A program made the translations under genes and the position numbers. A DNA stretch of 60,124 nt, counting the filler, from Sphacelaria rigidula (taxonomy: Eukaryota): assembly GCA_964200075.2 (NCBI GenBank). It is 5 parts of 5 records of this genome, joined end to end, with 100 filler letters (N's around TTAATTAATTAA, not from the genome) between each part and the next. Parts side by side here need not be neighbours in the genome. Positions count along the whole stretch, not along the records: positions 36,137 to 48,081 come from CAXNAA020004303.1; positions 48,182 to 60,124 come from CAXNAA020004304.1; 3 more parts are not named here. The stretch is one strand, 5' to 3'. Shown in pieces: positions 38,887-52,700 of this stretch. Numbering within the stretch: position 1 is the stretch's first letter; each line of letters starts with the position of its first letter. The notes beneath the pieces were generated by a model. The model worked only from the letters and a program-made list of their open reading frames with translations. It made no database searches and was not told where the DNA came from.

Positions 38887-39194
38887 GGGGTGTCTCATAC
38901 TCGAGGTTCCTGATGATACTACGTAGTACATGTTTGGCTATTAATTACTGTGAGAAATATACCGGGAGTCTCAAGTTTGAGATAGCTCTATTTATCATCT
39001 CTATTCCTCCTGTATAATCAATCAATCCATCAATTGAATAAAACTGGTACCACTTCTATCATAGCTGCATTCATTCTTGCTCAAAAGAGGTATCTCCAAC
39101 TCGAGGTTCCCGATGTATTTCACCGCAAATTACCGTGAAATATATCAGGAATTTCAAGTTCGAGATACATACCGTGCCGAGTTTGAGATACCTC
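38887..39194. mobile_element. Two further GAGGTATCTC hairpin MITEs
   Basis: 38887-38988 and 39087-39194 carry the family TIRs; another copy ends at 38165. Confidence 0.7.
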
Positions 39195-39511
39195 ATCTCT
39201 CTACATACTTGGATTCATATAGTACTCGAACTGTGTCACAGGATCATCTATATATTTGGTCTGTGCAGTGCACCACAGCACAGTACTGTGGTACTCGATT
39301 CTGAGCAGGAGGACGTTATTATGTAAGAACTCAAGTTGCAAGTAGTTTTCCCCAACGAATTGGTCTGTCTGTTTGTCGTGGTATTTCTCATGCTACGCAG
39401 GTCAAAGTCGTACTCTATGATCTTCACTGCTCCATCATCGTACCCCGTGTGCTGTTTTTACTTCCCCGTCTTGGTAGTTCAAGGACACCATCTATCTATT
39501 TCCTGTCAGCT

Positions 39512-42500
39512 ATGACAAGCGAGCACCTGAAACTTGAGGATATCCTGGGTGGAGTTGAGGAAGAAATCCGACGTGCGGAAGCAAGGCTCAAACTAGACAC
39601 CTTTCAGTGGCGATCAGGTATTTCCTCCAGGCAGATTCAAATACGCAGTCCATCGGTCCAACTAGCGCGAGATTGCACTCTTCTGTCTTGCCTGTAGAGT
39701 TGTGCTACCGTACTGTCGAGAAACAGCATAGCTATAGCACAATCTATCCGAGGACAGCACAATCTCCCCGAGGACATCGAGTGGGAACAAAAAATATTAC
39801 ATATATCTGTCCACTGCTCCGGAGCCATCATGACGGCATGCCAACACTCGACGACTGGCCTGATGGCGCGTTGGCATCCGTCCCTCTCCGTAGGCTTACG
39901 GTTTAGCAAGTATATAATTGTGGTTCAGTAGTAACACGATAAGTCGAGACAGTACGAGTAATACAGTAGTCCTATACCGTCTACGCAGCATGAGATGCCT
40001 GACTTCATAGGCCGCCATCTTGCGCGGTCATGGTGCACTTTGTCGTTCATTTAACAGCTGGCTCCGCGCTGCCGTTGAAGAATAGGGGCCTGGATTCTGA
40101 GACTCATCATGACGAGATATCCGATGTTGCAGGATCGCGTTGTGTCTCTGGAGAGCTTACATCTAAGAGCCTTGACGAAGGAGATGAGGTTTTTGATGCT
40201 CAGATCGTGCGACGTCACGCATGGGCAAACGATCATGAACCTCAGTTGGTTTCAGATGACCCGAGCATCAACGGTAGTAACGGCTACGGCAGGTGACTGT
40301 TTATCACTGTGCTGCAATGTATGTATTGTGCTGCGTGAGGTGTTTCGTGCTAAATCATCATGTACCGGCCGCTTTTTCATGCTTTCTGTAAGATGTGTAC
40401 GGCACCATACCCCGTCATGAGTGAGCGCACCATGCACTTGTTTGAAACCCAACTGCTGGCTCTACTTGCGATAGACCGTTATGCAGCCGAGTACAAGTCG
40501 TATGCAAGACCGCGTGGATATAGGCGCCTCTCTCACTCGTTCTGGACTTTTAGGTTCAGGGGTGAACGCACATTGCCCCGATAGTGCCGGGGAGACGCAA
40601 CGCCATCTTGCTGAGAAACAAGGACTACGCGATCTATTTTTACCTGCTGATTGAAGGCCACTCAGTATCTGCCACGTGGCTATGTTTCGGACTTTCGCAT
40701 CTTGTTCACCAGCGAAGTTCAGTGCGCTTTTGGTTTGAAGCGTCAACGTCTTACTCCGTCCACCCCACGGCTTTGCCAGTCCTCGCAGGCGTGCATCCCT
40801 GGTGAATCGACTATTGCGGGAGCGCGACGCCCGCCTGCGAACATCGGCAGGTTCGTTGGCAGAACAAAGCGCCGTTAGTCCGGACGACATGGGCTGCCGC
40901 ACGGAAGAGCGTTCGGGTACCATCAACAGCGGGCAAGCGAAGATGAGCACAGGCAATCACTATAGCACACTTGAGGTGGATGCTGGTACTAATCCTGCTG
41001 TGGACGGCAGCCTCGAGAGTAGTGGCGAGATATTTTTCGCTTCGGATATACTGGACGAATCCAGCTGTGGTGATAGAAGGAGCGAAGATACTAGGAGCTT
41101 CAACCTTCGTGACCTTGCAACTGGAATTTTTGGCAGCAAAATCGTGCCGCAGGATACGAGAATATCTACGCCCGAAAAACGGCTTGGATCCCCCGCCGGA
41201 GCGGCAGGCTATCCGAATCAGAGAACGAAAGCGGTGCAACGAGTACACGAGATTGATTTCTCGAAAGCGGAGGAACCGGACTCACGCTCCGTGGAGGATG
41301 CGACGGAGGATGCGGCAAGGGCAGCGATACCCAGCAGAAGTGGGTCCCGAGACAACGCTTGCGCTGATTTGCAAGGAAATTATGTGCGCCAGAATATCGA
41401 AGGAGATCTGTATGGTGATAGAGGGACTACAGCTGCGAAGGAGCAGTTGGGAGGAAGTGTGACTGGCAAACCCAACGTGAAAAAATGCTACAATTCGCGA
41501 GGGGAACATAACCAAATGCCTGCGGAATGCAGAATCAAGGTACGCTTCATGCTCGGGTACCCCGGTGGGATGCACCTTGCACTAGCTGCGTATCCTTCTG
41601 CTAGCAAAACGCTGCCTACTGTTTCGCCACAGCTCACAAACCTGTCAACAGTTCGCCTTGCGACCGTTTAAGGGGAGCTGGTGACGAAACCAACTGCAGA
41701 CGTGTCATTATTTTCTTCTGAACAATGTGCGCACACACGTCTGAACGACGGAATTATCGTATATTTGAACGCTTTTGCGCTTAACGCGTCACGTTCATCC
41801 TCCCTCTACTCCAACATGAAATACGTTCACTGCATCCGAACCTCTCATCTGCGGCATCTGGTCAGGAGCTCGCCCGTGACAGACAACAAATTTACTCAGA
41901 TCGTGAACGACAGCGCAGGGAAAAACAGGAGAAAGAGGAAGCCAAGGAGTGTACGTTCCGCCCTAAACTTTACACAGCAATGGTGACGAAGGCAGCCACG
42001 GGGGACGAGTTCGATGAGCTCGGAAGATCCAGGATCCATCTGCATGAACGCCTTCACAAAGAGGCTAGGGAGAAAGAAGCTGCTCGAGCGCTGGCGCAGC
42101 ATCACTTGGAGGCCCAGTTACTTCGAGAATGTACATTTCAGGTGAGCACCACTAGGAACCGATCTCAAGAAGTTGACCACCGTAAGTGCATTCATCGATT
42201 GGGCGTAGGTCCCTCGAAGTCGAAGGAGGAGCAATGTCAACCATGTCAGTCGAGTGATCGATAATCCGACAGCTCGTTAGGCATATCGAAATCAGTTTCA
42301 CTCTTCGGATATGTACTGCCGTGCCTTGCTGCATTGTTGGACGAAGCTCCGACACTGTCGGCGGCAATTCCTACTGTGCCAGAGGCAGTTCTCACAGTGT
42401 TGCCAACACGGTTGGAACTATGCCACTGCCGGACCTGTCGGCAACAACAAAAGACGGCACTGACACTTTTGACAATGGCACTGATAGTACCGTCAGTGGC

Positions 42501-45500
42501 GCCAACTGTCTTCAACACTCCCAAACTTGTGGCGGACACGGTTTGACTCGTCGCCGACACTTGCGACTTGTCAAACACAGTTCCAACAGTGTCCGCCACA
42601 CTCTACAACCATGTCGCTGACACTTGCGACACTTAGAGAATTGTCGGCGCTGTCGGCCGGCAGCTCTGGCAATTGCGCCCGATCACGTGAATCAGCCGAC
42701 CTGCTTTCAGGTTTTGGAGATGACGTCGAACCTGCCACAATTGTCGGCGGCACCGCTGGGGACGTCCTCGAAGGTTCATGTGTGTCGCCGACAGTTTCGA
42801 CTGTGCCATTCGTATCGCCGACACTTCAGAAGGTGCCGCCGCTAGCAACGCTAGCGCCGACAGTTTCGGCTGTTCCGACAATGCCGACATAGTCAGTTGT
42901 GTTGGCGACATCGTCGGAACTATCGGCGGCATTTTGGGAACTGTATTCAAGGAACTGTGGAAAAAAGTGTCGAAAGTGTGGACTAAAGTGTTTATTGTGT
43001 CGACTACAATGTGCGTTGTGACGCCGACAATGTATAAATTGTAAGTGTCGGTGACGGGTGGCGATAGGGTTGTCCATACCCTGAACAGTCTTGAAAGTGT
43101 TGGCGACAGCTTAGACTGTGGCGCCGACACTTCGGATACCGTTCCCGGCACTTGTACCACTTCCGCCTACAATGTCTAGTAATGCGAAATCTTGTAGGGT
43201 ACAGGAAAGAAGTACAGTATTGCACGGTTGAAATGACGCGACAGACGTGATGCGCTGATCCCAAACGACCGTTTACATTCCTTCCGGGTTCACCGCCGAT
43301 GAAATCAAACCCCGACAGCATTAAACTGCAAACGGCCCACCACCCCCACAACGATTCGCTCTTGTACATCCTTGTTGGATATCTCCCACTCTTCTAGCCA
43401 GCGCTAAGGACCGCGAATGACAATATTCCCGTCAACCAAAGACCGCTTCATCAGCGCGTTCGGGAGGTTGAGCGCCAGCGCGAATACAACCTTCGGATGC
43501 TTCAAGCCGACAAGGAGGAGCGTGAGGGTGCCACCTTCGCCCCACCTCCTCTCGGCCGGGTAAGCGAGAGGTTGGCGCGAGGGTCTAGACCAGCTTCAGC
43601 GGTGGCAATGGGGCTGACGGCAACCTCATGGGAAGGTCTGGACCCCCGTTTCGAGACGGAAAAAACGCGGGCCAGTGAACGTCGTAGGCAGAGGCTCAGA
43701 GAACACGAGGAGGTGAGGGAGCCCCAGAGTTCTACAGGTGACAGTGTTCAGAGGGTGGTGGGGGGTCTAAGTGCATATTTCATTCTGCTTTCCGGTGCGC
43801 TGTTACATCGCGTGTGGCGACCTGGTGAGCGGCCTGCTGTTTCTGAATTCGAAATATGCTGTCACAATTCAGTGGCGCATGGGCACCCGTAGGTGGAAGG
43901 GCTATGACTATTCGGTGAGTTGAATACACCCAGCAACAGGAGCTGGAGCTGTTTTCAAAACATGATCGGTGAGTTGGCTGATACCGCAGCCCCCGTGCAA
44001 AATACGTCACCACGAGCGTTATTTATTTTCTCTACAAGTCTGTGCGGGATATGCACTTGCCGTTTTCACATGGGAAAATGTCCTCGCATCTTTTCCGGCA
44101 GCGAGTGCGCAGCTTGTCAATCAAGTCGTTGAAGCGGCTCCAACAGCAAATCAGCACGACTGTACATCAGCTTTGGCGAAAAATACCCTGTTTGACGGGT
44201 ACTGCGTCACCCCGCTGTCTCCTAGCGTTGCCTGTTTGCACCCTCACATCAAACAGGAGCAGATTAATGTTGTACGCTCGTACCGACTGCTCAGCAAGTC
44301 GCCTTCAGCGACATTAACTGCGGATAAATTGACTCACGTTGTCCTTTGACCCGCCGTATTAAACACTACTGCTGCTGGTAGGCCGAGGCTCGCATGAATA
44401 CCTTCGAGCCCACCATTAGCCGAGGTAGTGAGCGGCTAATACGGAGGCGGCCAGAACTCCAGATGCCCTTTGACGAGCGAAGTGCAATGATGGAAGCCAG
44501 GAAGCGGGAAAGAGAACAGCTCCGACTAGAAGCACGGGCAAGTTTTCTCATGAATCCGTCGCCAGACGTTGTCGCTCAATCGTTTGTCTTCTTCCCCTCT
44601 CACTCCCCGTATTCGCCCCCCAGAATTGTCGTAGGCTCGCTCTAAGTTCATCCCTGCTTACCCACCTGTTGCGACGTCTGTCATTTTCCGCCGTTATTTT
44701 CCTTTTCCAGGCTGAGGAAGAAACTAAATGGTTTAATCCAGCCACCGCTAAGCGAACAGAGTCTCTCCTTCGGCGGCGTATGCCGCAAAGGCTTGAAGAA
44801 ACCGCTGGGGAACGGATTGAAAGGATGGCCGGGGCACAAGACCAGCGAAGGCGGTGAGAGTCGATGTCATGGGTAAGGTACAGCCAGTTCTTGATGTGGA
44901 AAACGAGACTGTAGCCATAACGTCAATATCCTCTTGGAGCATGGTGCGATAGGATTGGATGTTGGATCCGCACTGAGGTTTCACCCGTAGTGGCATTGTG
45001 ACGCAGGGTATACTAGATGCCTATTTTCGTGCGGTTGACTTGTAGCTATGTATGGAGCGCGAAGTCACGGCCCAACTTGCCTCTGGCGTAGCATTCGCGC
45101 TTTCGAGAGCATAGAGAGGTCAAGTGTGTACCCTCGGGCTGGCCTTGGTGTCACAGTCGTATGAACCAATACGAAATCCGAACCCTCTCCTGTTGTGCCT
45201 CACTTCCCGCCTTCTCGCCCCATTTCTACTCCTCTCTACGTATTTTTTTCCCACAGCAAGTTAGTCGATCAACAAAGAGCGAAGGAGCAGAGCGATTGCC
45301 CATTCCGCCCGGCCCTCAACCCGGTTACACAGTCCATAGGACAGGCGGCTCCGCTGGATGAACTTGTCAACAACCGGCGTGGAGAGCGGGTCAGGGAACG
45401 GGCGCACGAAAAGGCTAGGTTGGAACCCTTGCGGGAACGGTAGAGCAACCTGAGCCGCCACCCTACGTCTGCCCGACATACGCATGCAGTATTGTCCACA

Positions 45501-47109
45501 ACAAGACAAGAAAGCAAATGTACCACGTTCAAACCCGACGCAGACTCACAAGTCCATTGCTCACCGCCGTCTGCATCACGCGAAATATCTCTCAAGATCC
45601 TTTGCACTTCCGTAGGGAAAACCAACGGGGTCTCCACTTGCTACCCCTGACACTACCGTCACTATGACCGTTTGCTCTTCGCCCTCCAAACCTCCATATG
45701 GAACCGATATCCTGCTGCGCCGTCTCTCCTTTCGTTCATTCACCTAATATAACAGAAACGCTAACGCGTGCACTCATAAGCCAGCACTAATCGCGGAGCA
45801 GGCGCTCTCACCCGACCACCAGGAGAAGCTTTGTGAAACATCCAAGCGGACCCACCACGAACGTTTTTCGGTCGACATGGAGCCACTCGATGGTCGAAGG
45901 GAGGGAGAAGGGGCCGACGGTGATGGCCGGCGCAAAGGTCGGGGTGCAGCAGCCGCCCTGTACGGGCCCGGTAATAAATACCGCCTGAACATTAGAGAGC
46001 CGGGGAGAATGGCGGCCGAACTACGAGTGCGCGAGCGGGAACAAGCCAAGAAGGTACAAAGTGGAGGGCGTGAATCGCTGATTGCACCGCTACTAATGAT
46101 CTGTTCTGTTCCGGTCGTTTCCATTCTTCCGATTGCTACAGCAGTAGAAGGACGAAGTTCACTATATTTTTCTCCAACAACCCGGGGCAGATCACGTTAA
46201 TACAACACCAGAAGCGGCGGTACTTTATATTACTGGCGTGGTGATGACGCTCCAGAGCTTGTTTAGGGCCGTACGTCTCATTGGCTAGGACAGTAGCCGG
46301 CATCGCTTGAAACTGCAATGGATCCCCGCGCTGCCTCGCCTCCTTTGCCGTGACACGGGGCGTACTTGTGGTCGTGCGATGCCACCGGATGTCTGTCGGA
46401 AATCATGCGAATTTCATTCTTATGTCGTCAGCAGCGGCGCTTTGCTTGGGTATTCTCTCCTCTCTGCAAGACGGAGATGATCGAAATAAAAGCTAGGCTT
46501 TGTTGGACTTTCGTCTGCCCATAGACCGTCGTATGTCGACAAACGTTTTCCTGTTCTTCCTTCCCTCAGCTCCCGCATACGTACACCGTTTGTTTTCGAA
46601 CGTCCTTGAAACAGTTGCGAGCCCTCCGAGATGAACGAGAAGTGGCAGAGATGCAATCGTGCACCTTCGTACCTCAAATGAACGAAGGTATCGTTCGTGC
46701 CCACGGCCCGGTGGTGGTCAGGGGCCTAGGGCGTCAGTTACAGCTGAAAGACGTCGCTCAGCAGCAAGAAGCAGATCGGCGAGAGCGCGAGGCGCAAGCC
46801 TTTGGGGTGCGCCCCGGGGCTGTGCGACGCACGGCTCTTGGAGAGACGCTTGTGGAGCCGTTTAGTCTCAGCGAGGGCACTGGCAAGGGGTGGTGGGAGG
46901 GAAGGAGGCAACGTCACGAGGCAGAACGCGCGGCACAGTGCACGTTCAAGCCGCGGACCGTGGAGGGGGAGAGGAGCAAGGCGCTCTCGAGGCTGCTGGA
47001 GTGGTCATCAGTACTTTCGTCAGTGGCAGGCGAGAGCGAGGATAGGAGCAGTAGTGTTGCTGCCGATGGTAGTGTCGACGATTGGGCACTCGAAGCACCT
47101 TCCACGTGA
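39512..47109 (+). CDS. 10-exon gene for a ~981-988-aa charged coiled-coil protein with repeated CTFxP motifs (function unknown)
   Basis: Phase-consistent model: 39512-39617, 40058-40292, 40780-41539, 41866-42141, 43398-43712, 44382-44537, 44711-44853, 45257-45418 (or 45439), 45756-46053, 46615-47109. Motifs read through junctions (ECTFQ|P, RIK|ELAR); no internal stops. Confidence 0.85.
42320..43160. repeat. Intronic array of GCCGACA/TGTCGGC sub-repeats (probable non-autonomous TE)
   Basis: Many GCCGACA and TGTCGGC motifs in both orientations inside intron 4. Confidence 0.7.
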
Positions 47110-48081
47110 TCGCTTGATCCGACACTATCAGAAGATCCAAGTTGCCTGCTTATGTCGCAGGGATGGTTACCTTTGTCCGAGGCTACCCATCGAAGATATA
47201 CGCCACCGATGTGTGATCGACGATGGACGTGACGGTCTCGCAAGAGAGACTATTTTCCAGGGCATCGGCGCGGCGACTTGCGGCCGGTGGACGATCGATT
47301 ATATCATTGCTAACAGAGGACTTGATTGCAATGAGTGTGATTTGGGAGGTGAATCTGTGAGTGAGTGGATGCAGAGGTTCCCATGATGGGGTCGAAGCGC
47401 GCTTTGGCGAGTGGGAGGCTGTGAGTGTCCAGTTTGTCGGCATGAAGAGTCAGATACGTCGACGAGCGGACTTGTCAACGAGCGACGAGCTCATGGCCAA
47501 AATATGCGCCTAGTTCGCTGGAGGTAGCAATGTGGGCGGGGCTGTCTGTAAAGTATAAGAAAGCCTTGTGGCATCCAACGGCGTGTTACACATGTATGTC
47601 GTTTGTGTTGGTTGAAGATACCGGGGGAATGTAGTGTTATCATTGTCAAGGTGTTGAGTTTGTCTGTATACTGCTTAGCTTGTGGCAGTGGTGTATTACA
47701 ATAATACCATTGTAAGCATAGAGGACTCAAGGCATTTTCCCCATGAGCCATGCCCCTCCCCCCCGCGCGCTTACTCCTTCGTTCCTTGGGAGCAACACAT
47801 AGGGTTCCTTACAGTTGGATGCAAGGACGTTGACATCCTACTAGCAGCCGAGCGGTTGACTAGATAGTTACATGGGCGATGAACGTACACTAGCTACCTT
47901 AGACGAGGTATCGTCAAGGAGATGTGAAATGTGTTTTAGGAGAAACATCACTCCCCAAAACCCATAATACAATCGGGAGCAGGGGGAGGAGGGGGGGGGG
48001 GGGGGGGGGGGTCGTTTGTTGTTTTTCTTAGAATTTTGAACATTAACCACCCAACCCTTTTGGGAAGGGGAGGGGGGGGGG

Positions 48082-48181
48082 NNNNNNNNNNNNNNNNNNN
48101 NNNNNNNNNNNNNNNNNNNNNNNNNTTAATTAATTAANNNNNNNNNNNNNNNNNNNNNNNNNNNNNNNNNNNNNNNNNNNN
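48082..48181. other. Artificial contig linker 4
   Basis: 44N + TTAATTAATTAA (48126-48137) + 44N. Confidence 0.97.
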
Positions 48182-48599
48182 CTCCCCCCCACTTTATCAA
48201 GCATGCCTACTGCGCCAGTTTTTGGGAGTTGAGGATCACTCTTTTGCAATCCCCCCCCCCCCCCCCCCCCCTGGTACTAGGGCGAAGGCATGTGGCGACC
48301 TTCCGATGACAGGATCACAGCGGGCCCTCCTACAACAACTGCATTGCACTGTTAATCTTCCGCCTTGTGTTGAAAACTGCGTCATGTCATCTGCCTTTAA
48401 TGGGTGCAGTCCGCGATACCCCCGCATCATTTTCTACCGGGTGCAGCCAATGTATGCCAACTACAAGCCCGAATAGTGATGGCGCTGTGTTCTCCCCTCC
48501 ACTGTACCAACGATGCATACTGCGCCAGTTGTTGAGAGTTGAGGATCACTCTTCTGCAATGCCCCCCCCCCGCCCCCCCCCTGGTACTAGGGCGAAGGC

Positions 48600-49741
48600 A
48601 TGTGGCGACCTTCCGATGACGAGGTCGCAGCGGCACCGCAGCAGGGATCAAGAGTTGCTCCGACTACTTCCCTCTCCACAAAAAACTCATCTGATGGCGA
48701 TAATGACGGTAACGGGGCCGTCGGCAGTAGCGGCGGTAGTGGTGGCGTTGGCAGCAATGGTGGTGTCGTTGGCAAGTCGGCTGTTGTGACAGGCATGAAC
48801 AGACGCAGTCATGCCAACGATGGAAGCCCTCTGTCGGGAGCACAACCAATGAAGATGCACCATTCCGCGAACTACTCGACAACACACTATCAGAAAACCC
48901 TACCGCCAGCAAAACAGCGGAGCACTGACAGCGGTGGTGGAGGTGGTGACGGAATCACGGCCAGGTCGTCGTATGTAAGCACACAGCATTGCGCGACTAG
49001 CGACGGAGTCTCTCGCAATCCGGAAAGAGGGAGGGGTGATGGAGGACGAGAAATTGGGGGGAGCGGGGGGCAGGTGGGATCGAGTGCTTATGCACGCACG
49101 GTGGCCGGGTATAACACGAGCCACAGCGGCGGCAGCCGCGGTGATGATGACTCCTGTTCGCCACCTATTTCCACGACGGTAGCATTCACACCATCAGCAG
49201 GCCCGTTATCGTCGCCGTCATCGTCGTTGCCCACACCGACGCCAGCGCCCATATCGATGTACGTATCAATGCCACTATCGTCGACCACTGCCACTGCTTC
49301 CGTCAACACGACCGCCGACCACATGATGATACCCATCAGTAGTAGCATTACCGCCGGTAGCAAGTGTTCCCGGAGCAGCAGGAGCAGCGGCAGCGGCAAC
49401 GACAGTAATAGCAACAGCAATAGCAACAAGAACGCAGTCGGAGGCACGGGCTCCGCCGGCACTGTTGATGTCTTACAGGCTTCCGGTCTGCCGTCCGTCG
49501 CACTCCTGCCCCCGCCGCAGTTTCCAGTTCAAGTAGGGAGGACGAAAACTGCCCCATCGTCAACTGTTACAAGCGGTGCATATGACATATCGCCCGCATC
49601 GCTACAGCAGCAATGTCACCAAGTCAAGGCGGCTGACGGCGGCGAAAGTGGTGGCGAAGTCCCTGTTCTCATGGGTGGTGGTGCGGTGGCGGCGACACGA
49701 TCAATTGTCGGGGGTGATTTCACGGACTACTCGGTGTTCTA

Positions 49742-49775
<34 letters not shown>

Positions 49776-52700
49776 AATCAGTGGGACGGATTAAGCTATC
49801 CTATCTTGGAGAACGACAGCGTGGGCAGACCGTCCGGAGTACTGGGAGGTGTGAGCGGCGGGCGCACCGGCGGTGATGGCGAGGGAAGAGGAGGGGGGGG
49901 GTCACAGTTGTCGCGTGGGCGCCTGCCGCCGATGTCTCGGCTTCTCGGCAACATGTTTTCGGGACAACAATCGGTGTTTGCGCCGGCGGGGGGAGGAGGA
50001 CAAGGACATTCCGGTTCTGGTTCCCCTCCCCCGCCGTCGTCGCAGTTAGTGAACGATCAGGCGCTGATGCTTGCGGCCCAACAGCAGCGGCAGCAGCAAC
50101 AGCAACGCCGCCGATGTACGTCGTCTTCGCCGTCGTCTCCTGTGCGGCCCGCAATCGGACATGAAATCGGCGGCAGCTCAGCCAGCGGTGGAGAAGGCTT
50201 GAAGCCGCCGTCGCAGCAACAGCAGCAGCAACAACAACCGTGGGGTGCTCCGATAATGGCAGTGGGGCTGTCGTCGGCGTCCGCTGCCGCCGCCATCACC
50301 ACCCCGTTGGGGTCGTTTGTAGCACACGAACCACAACACACACTGGCCGCGTTCACACCGACGACATCGCACAGCGCCGCAATGACGGCGGCAGCGGCGG
50401 CAGCGGCGACGGGTTTGTCATTGTTGCCACTGAGCAACGCGTCGCGTAAGCGCCCTCGCTCTACGTCTCCGGTGAGCGTGGCGAGCGGCGGCGGAACTAT
50501 GTTGAGTGTCGGGGGCGGGTTTGACCTGTGGCACGAGCTCCAACAACAGCAGGTGTTTCCTCATCAGCACGGCGGTGGCGGTGGGAGCGGCGGACGGCAG
50601 TCGCCGCGGTATCGTAGGATGGGACAATGCCGTGCCGAAGGCTGTGGAAAGCCTGCCGTGGTGGTTGACGGAGCTAATGACAACACGTTGAAAGGGAGGT
50701 GAGTGTTCGTTGGGGGTTCCAGCGGGAGAGTGGCTTTCAGGTGGAGCAGAGAAGCATGCTAGCGGGGCGTGTACAGTACAGTACGTTACAACCGTAGTAT
50801 TGTACTAATATTTACACGAGATGGTTGTCGGCTTTCCTCAGATGCTGCAATACGAACACGACCATGACCGCCATTGTTTGCGGCTTGAGACGGTGGATGG
50901 CCGTCGAGTCTGCGTGCACCGGAAGTGTGTGGTACGGCAGTTGCTGTGTGTGCACGTATTGTGGGTTAATCATACATTTACATGCGTGTACCGTACGAGC
51001 TGGGCCAGCCTAGGAGCTGATCTGTAGGCTGCAGGCCCATCATCACCTCGATGTTGAGAATTGGATTTTCAAATTTGGTGTCGAGAATCGCTATGGTATA
51101 TTGAAGAAAAATTACGACATTGACATTTTTTTCTTCATGAATTGAGTGCAAAAAATGATCTATAATTTACGCTAAAACGCCCCTATAGTCATGAATGAAA
51201 AACAAAATCTCGACTTGTCTTCTTTTGTTCATTGTGCCCCAGAAATTCTCCATACCAAAATTGAGATTCAATATCTCAAAATTGATGTGAAAATGGCCAA
51301 TTGTCAACATGGGCCGGTCGAGGTTGGGAGCAGTATTTTGCAAGCCATATAGCAGCCCAGTTTTGAAACTCATGCTTTGAAGTTCTGTGCGGACAGTCCT
51401 CAGGGTATGATGCAATAAAAAAATTGGACATGGTTTTTTTTTCAATCACAGTGAAACCAAGTAATTTCCTTTTCTCGGAGACCGGTCAAGGCTAGAGACT
51501 GGCCATTGGCCATTGTTCACCGAAACGCCCATGACTCATGAAAACAGTGTTGATCTCCTGAACGTGTTTTTTTTGTTGCCCTAGCGACACTCCGGACCAA
51601 ATGTCAAAGCGAAACTTCCAAATTTGAGATGAGAATCCCAGATTTAGTGTAATAGTGTCTCTGCTCGCAGTATATGGAGTTTAGTCTTGGATATTATGCG
51701 CACCATATCCCCAGATGGATGACTGACTGGGTGAATGAATTTGTCGAACGTTTTCACGTACTCCAGGGAACGTTCACACCGAAAGTCATCGGGTCATCCG
51801 CTGTGCATACCGTCCGGGGTATCGTAATTATAGTATGAACCCTATCTCCGTTCGGCACAGGATTTACTCTACATGACGTTTTATCAACGAGAAAAACAAA
51901 CGCACAAGCGTTCAGCAGATGGATATCTGCCCCTTGATTAGGCGGTTATAGACCATAACAATTCGCCTGCGTCGACGAGATATGGCTGTGAGAGCCTAAC
52001 CCTTCCACTGCGAGGGTAGGTTATCTGTTGAATCGGCATCACTTTCATGTGAAAAATTACGGCGTGATCCACATAGTAACCTATCCTAGCGGTCTAAGAC
52101 CACTTCTCATGTACAAATTAATATATCTTGTTATAAAGTGCGAGTTTTACCCTTCTCCGTCGTTTTTCGCCCGAAGAGAGGGCTAGGCGGATGCTGACAC
52201 CTCGGAATGGCTTGCTTTACTCGTTGAGACCGTTCCAGGGCGCCTTCGCGTTTTTCGGAGGTCACAGTTTCGTTTTTGGGCAAACTTTCATTTTCAAGTA
52301 ACAAACGGGCAAGCTATAAAGGAGCCGGGGGAAACTGCCATCTGTTTTACAGCCTGACCGTTTGTTATTGAAAATGCCTTTTTGGTCAAGAACGAAACTG
52401 TGACGCACGGAGAACGCAAATGTGCTCTGGAACGGTCTCAGCGAGTAGAGCAAGTTATTCCAAGGTGTCAACATCCGCCTAGCCCTCTTCTAGGAAGAAA
52501 ATCGACAGAGAAGGACTGAAACTGCACTATTCAACAGGAGTTTGTTTTTTATACACGTGAGAAGTGATCTAATAAGGGCGAAATCGTCTTTTTAGCCTGG
52601 TCCAGCTCGCACCATTGTTGTACCAAAAAATGGCGGCACAAGGTTACGTTTCGGGTAACATTCAAAGGTCTTGTGAACTTCAACTGTCCCCCTCATGCCC

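Noticed and set aside
42246-43160. Overlapping ORFs rich in VSA/PTV
   Set aside because: Products of the intronic GCCGACA array; no splice-compatible role.
47109-48600. Functional linkage of the CTFxP and EsV-1-7 genes
   Set aside because: Separated by an artificial linker; they lie on different contigs.
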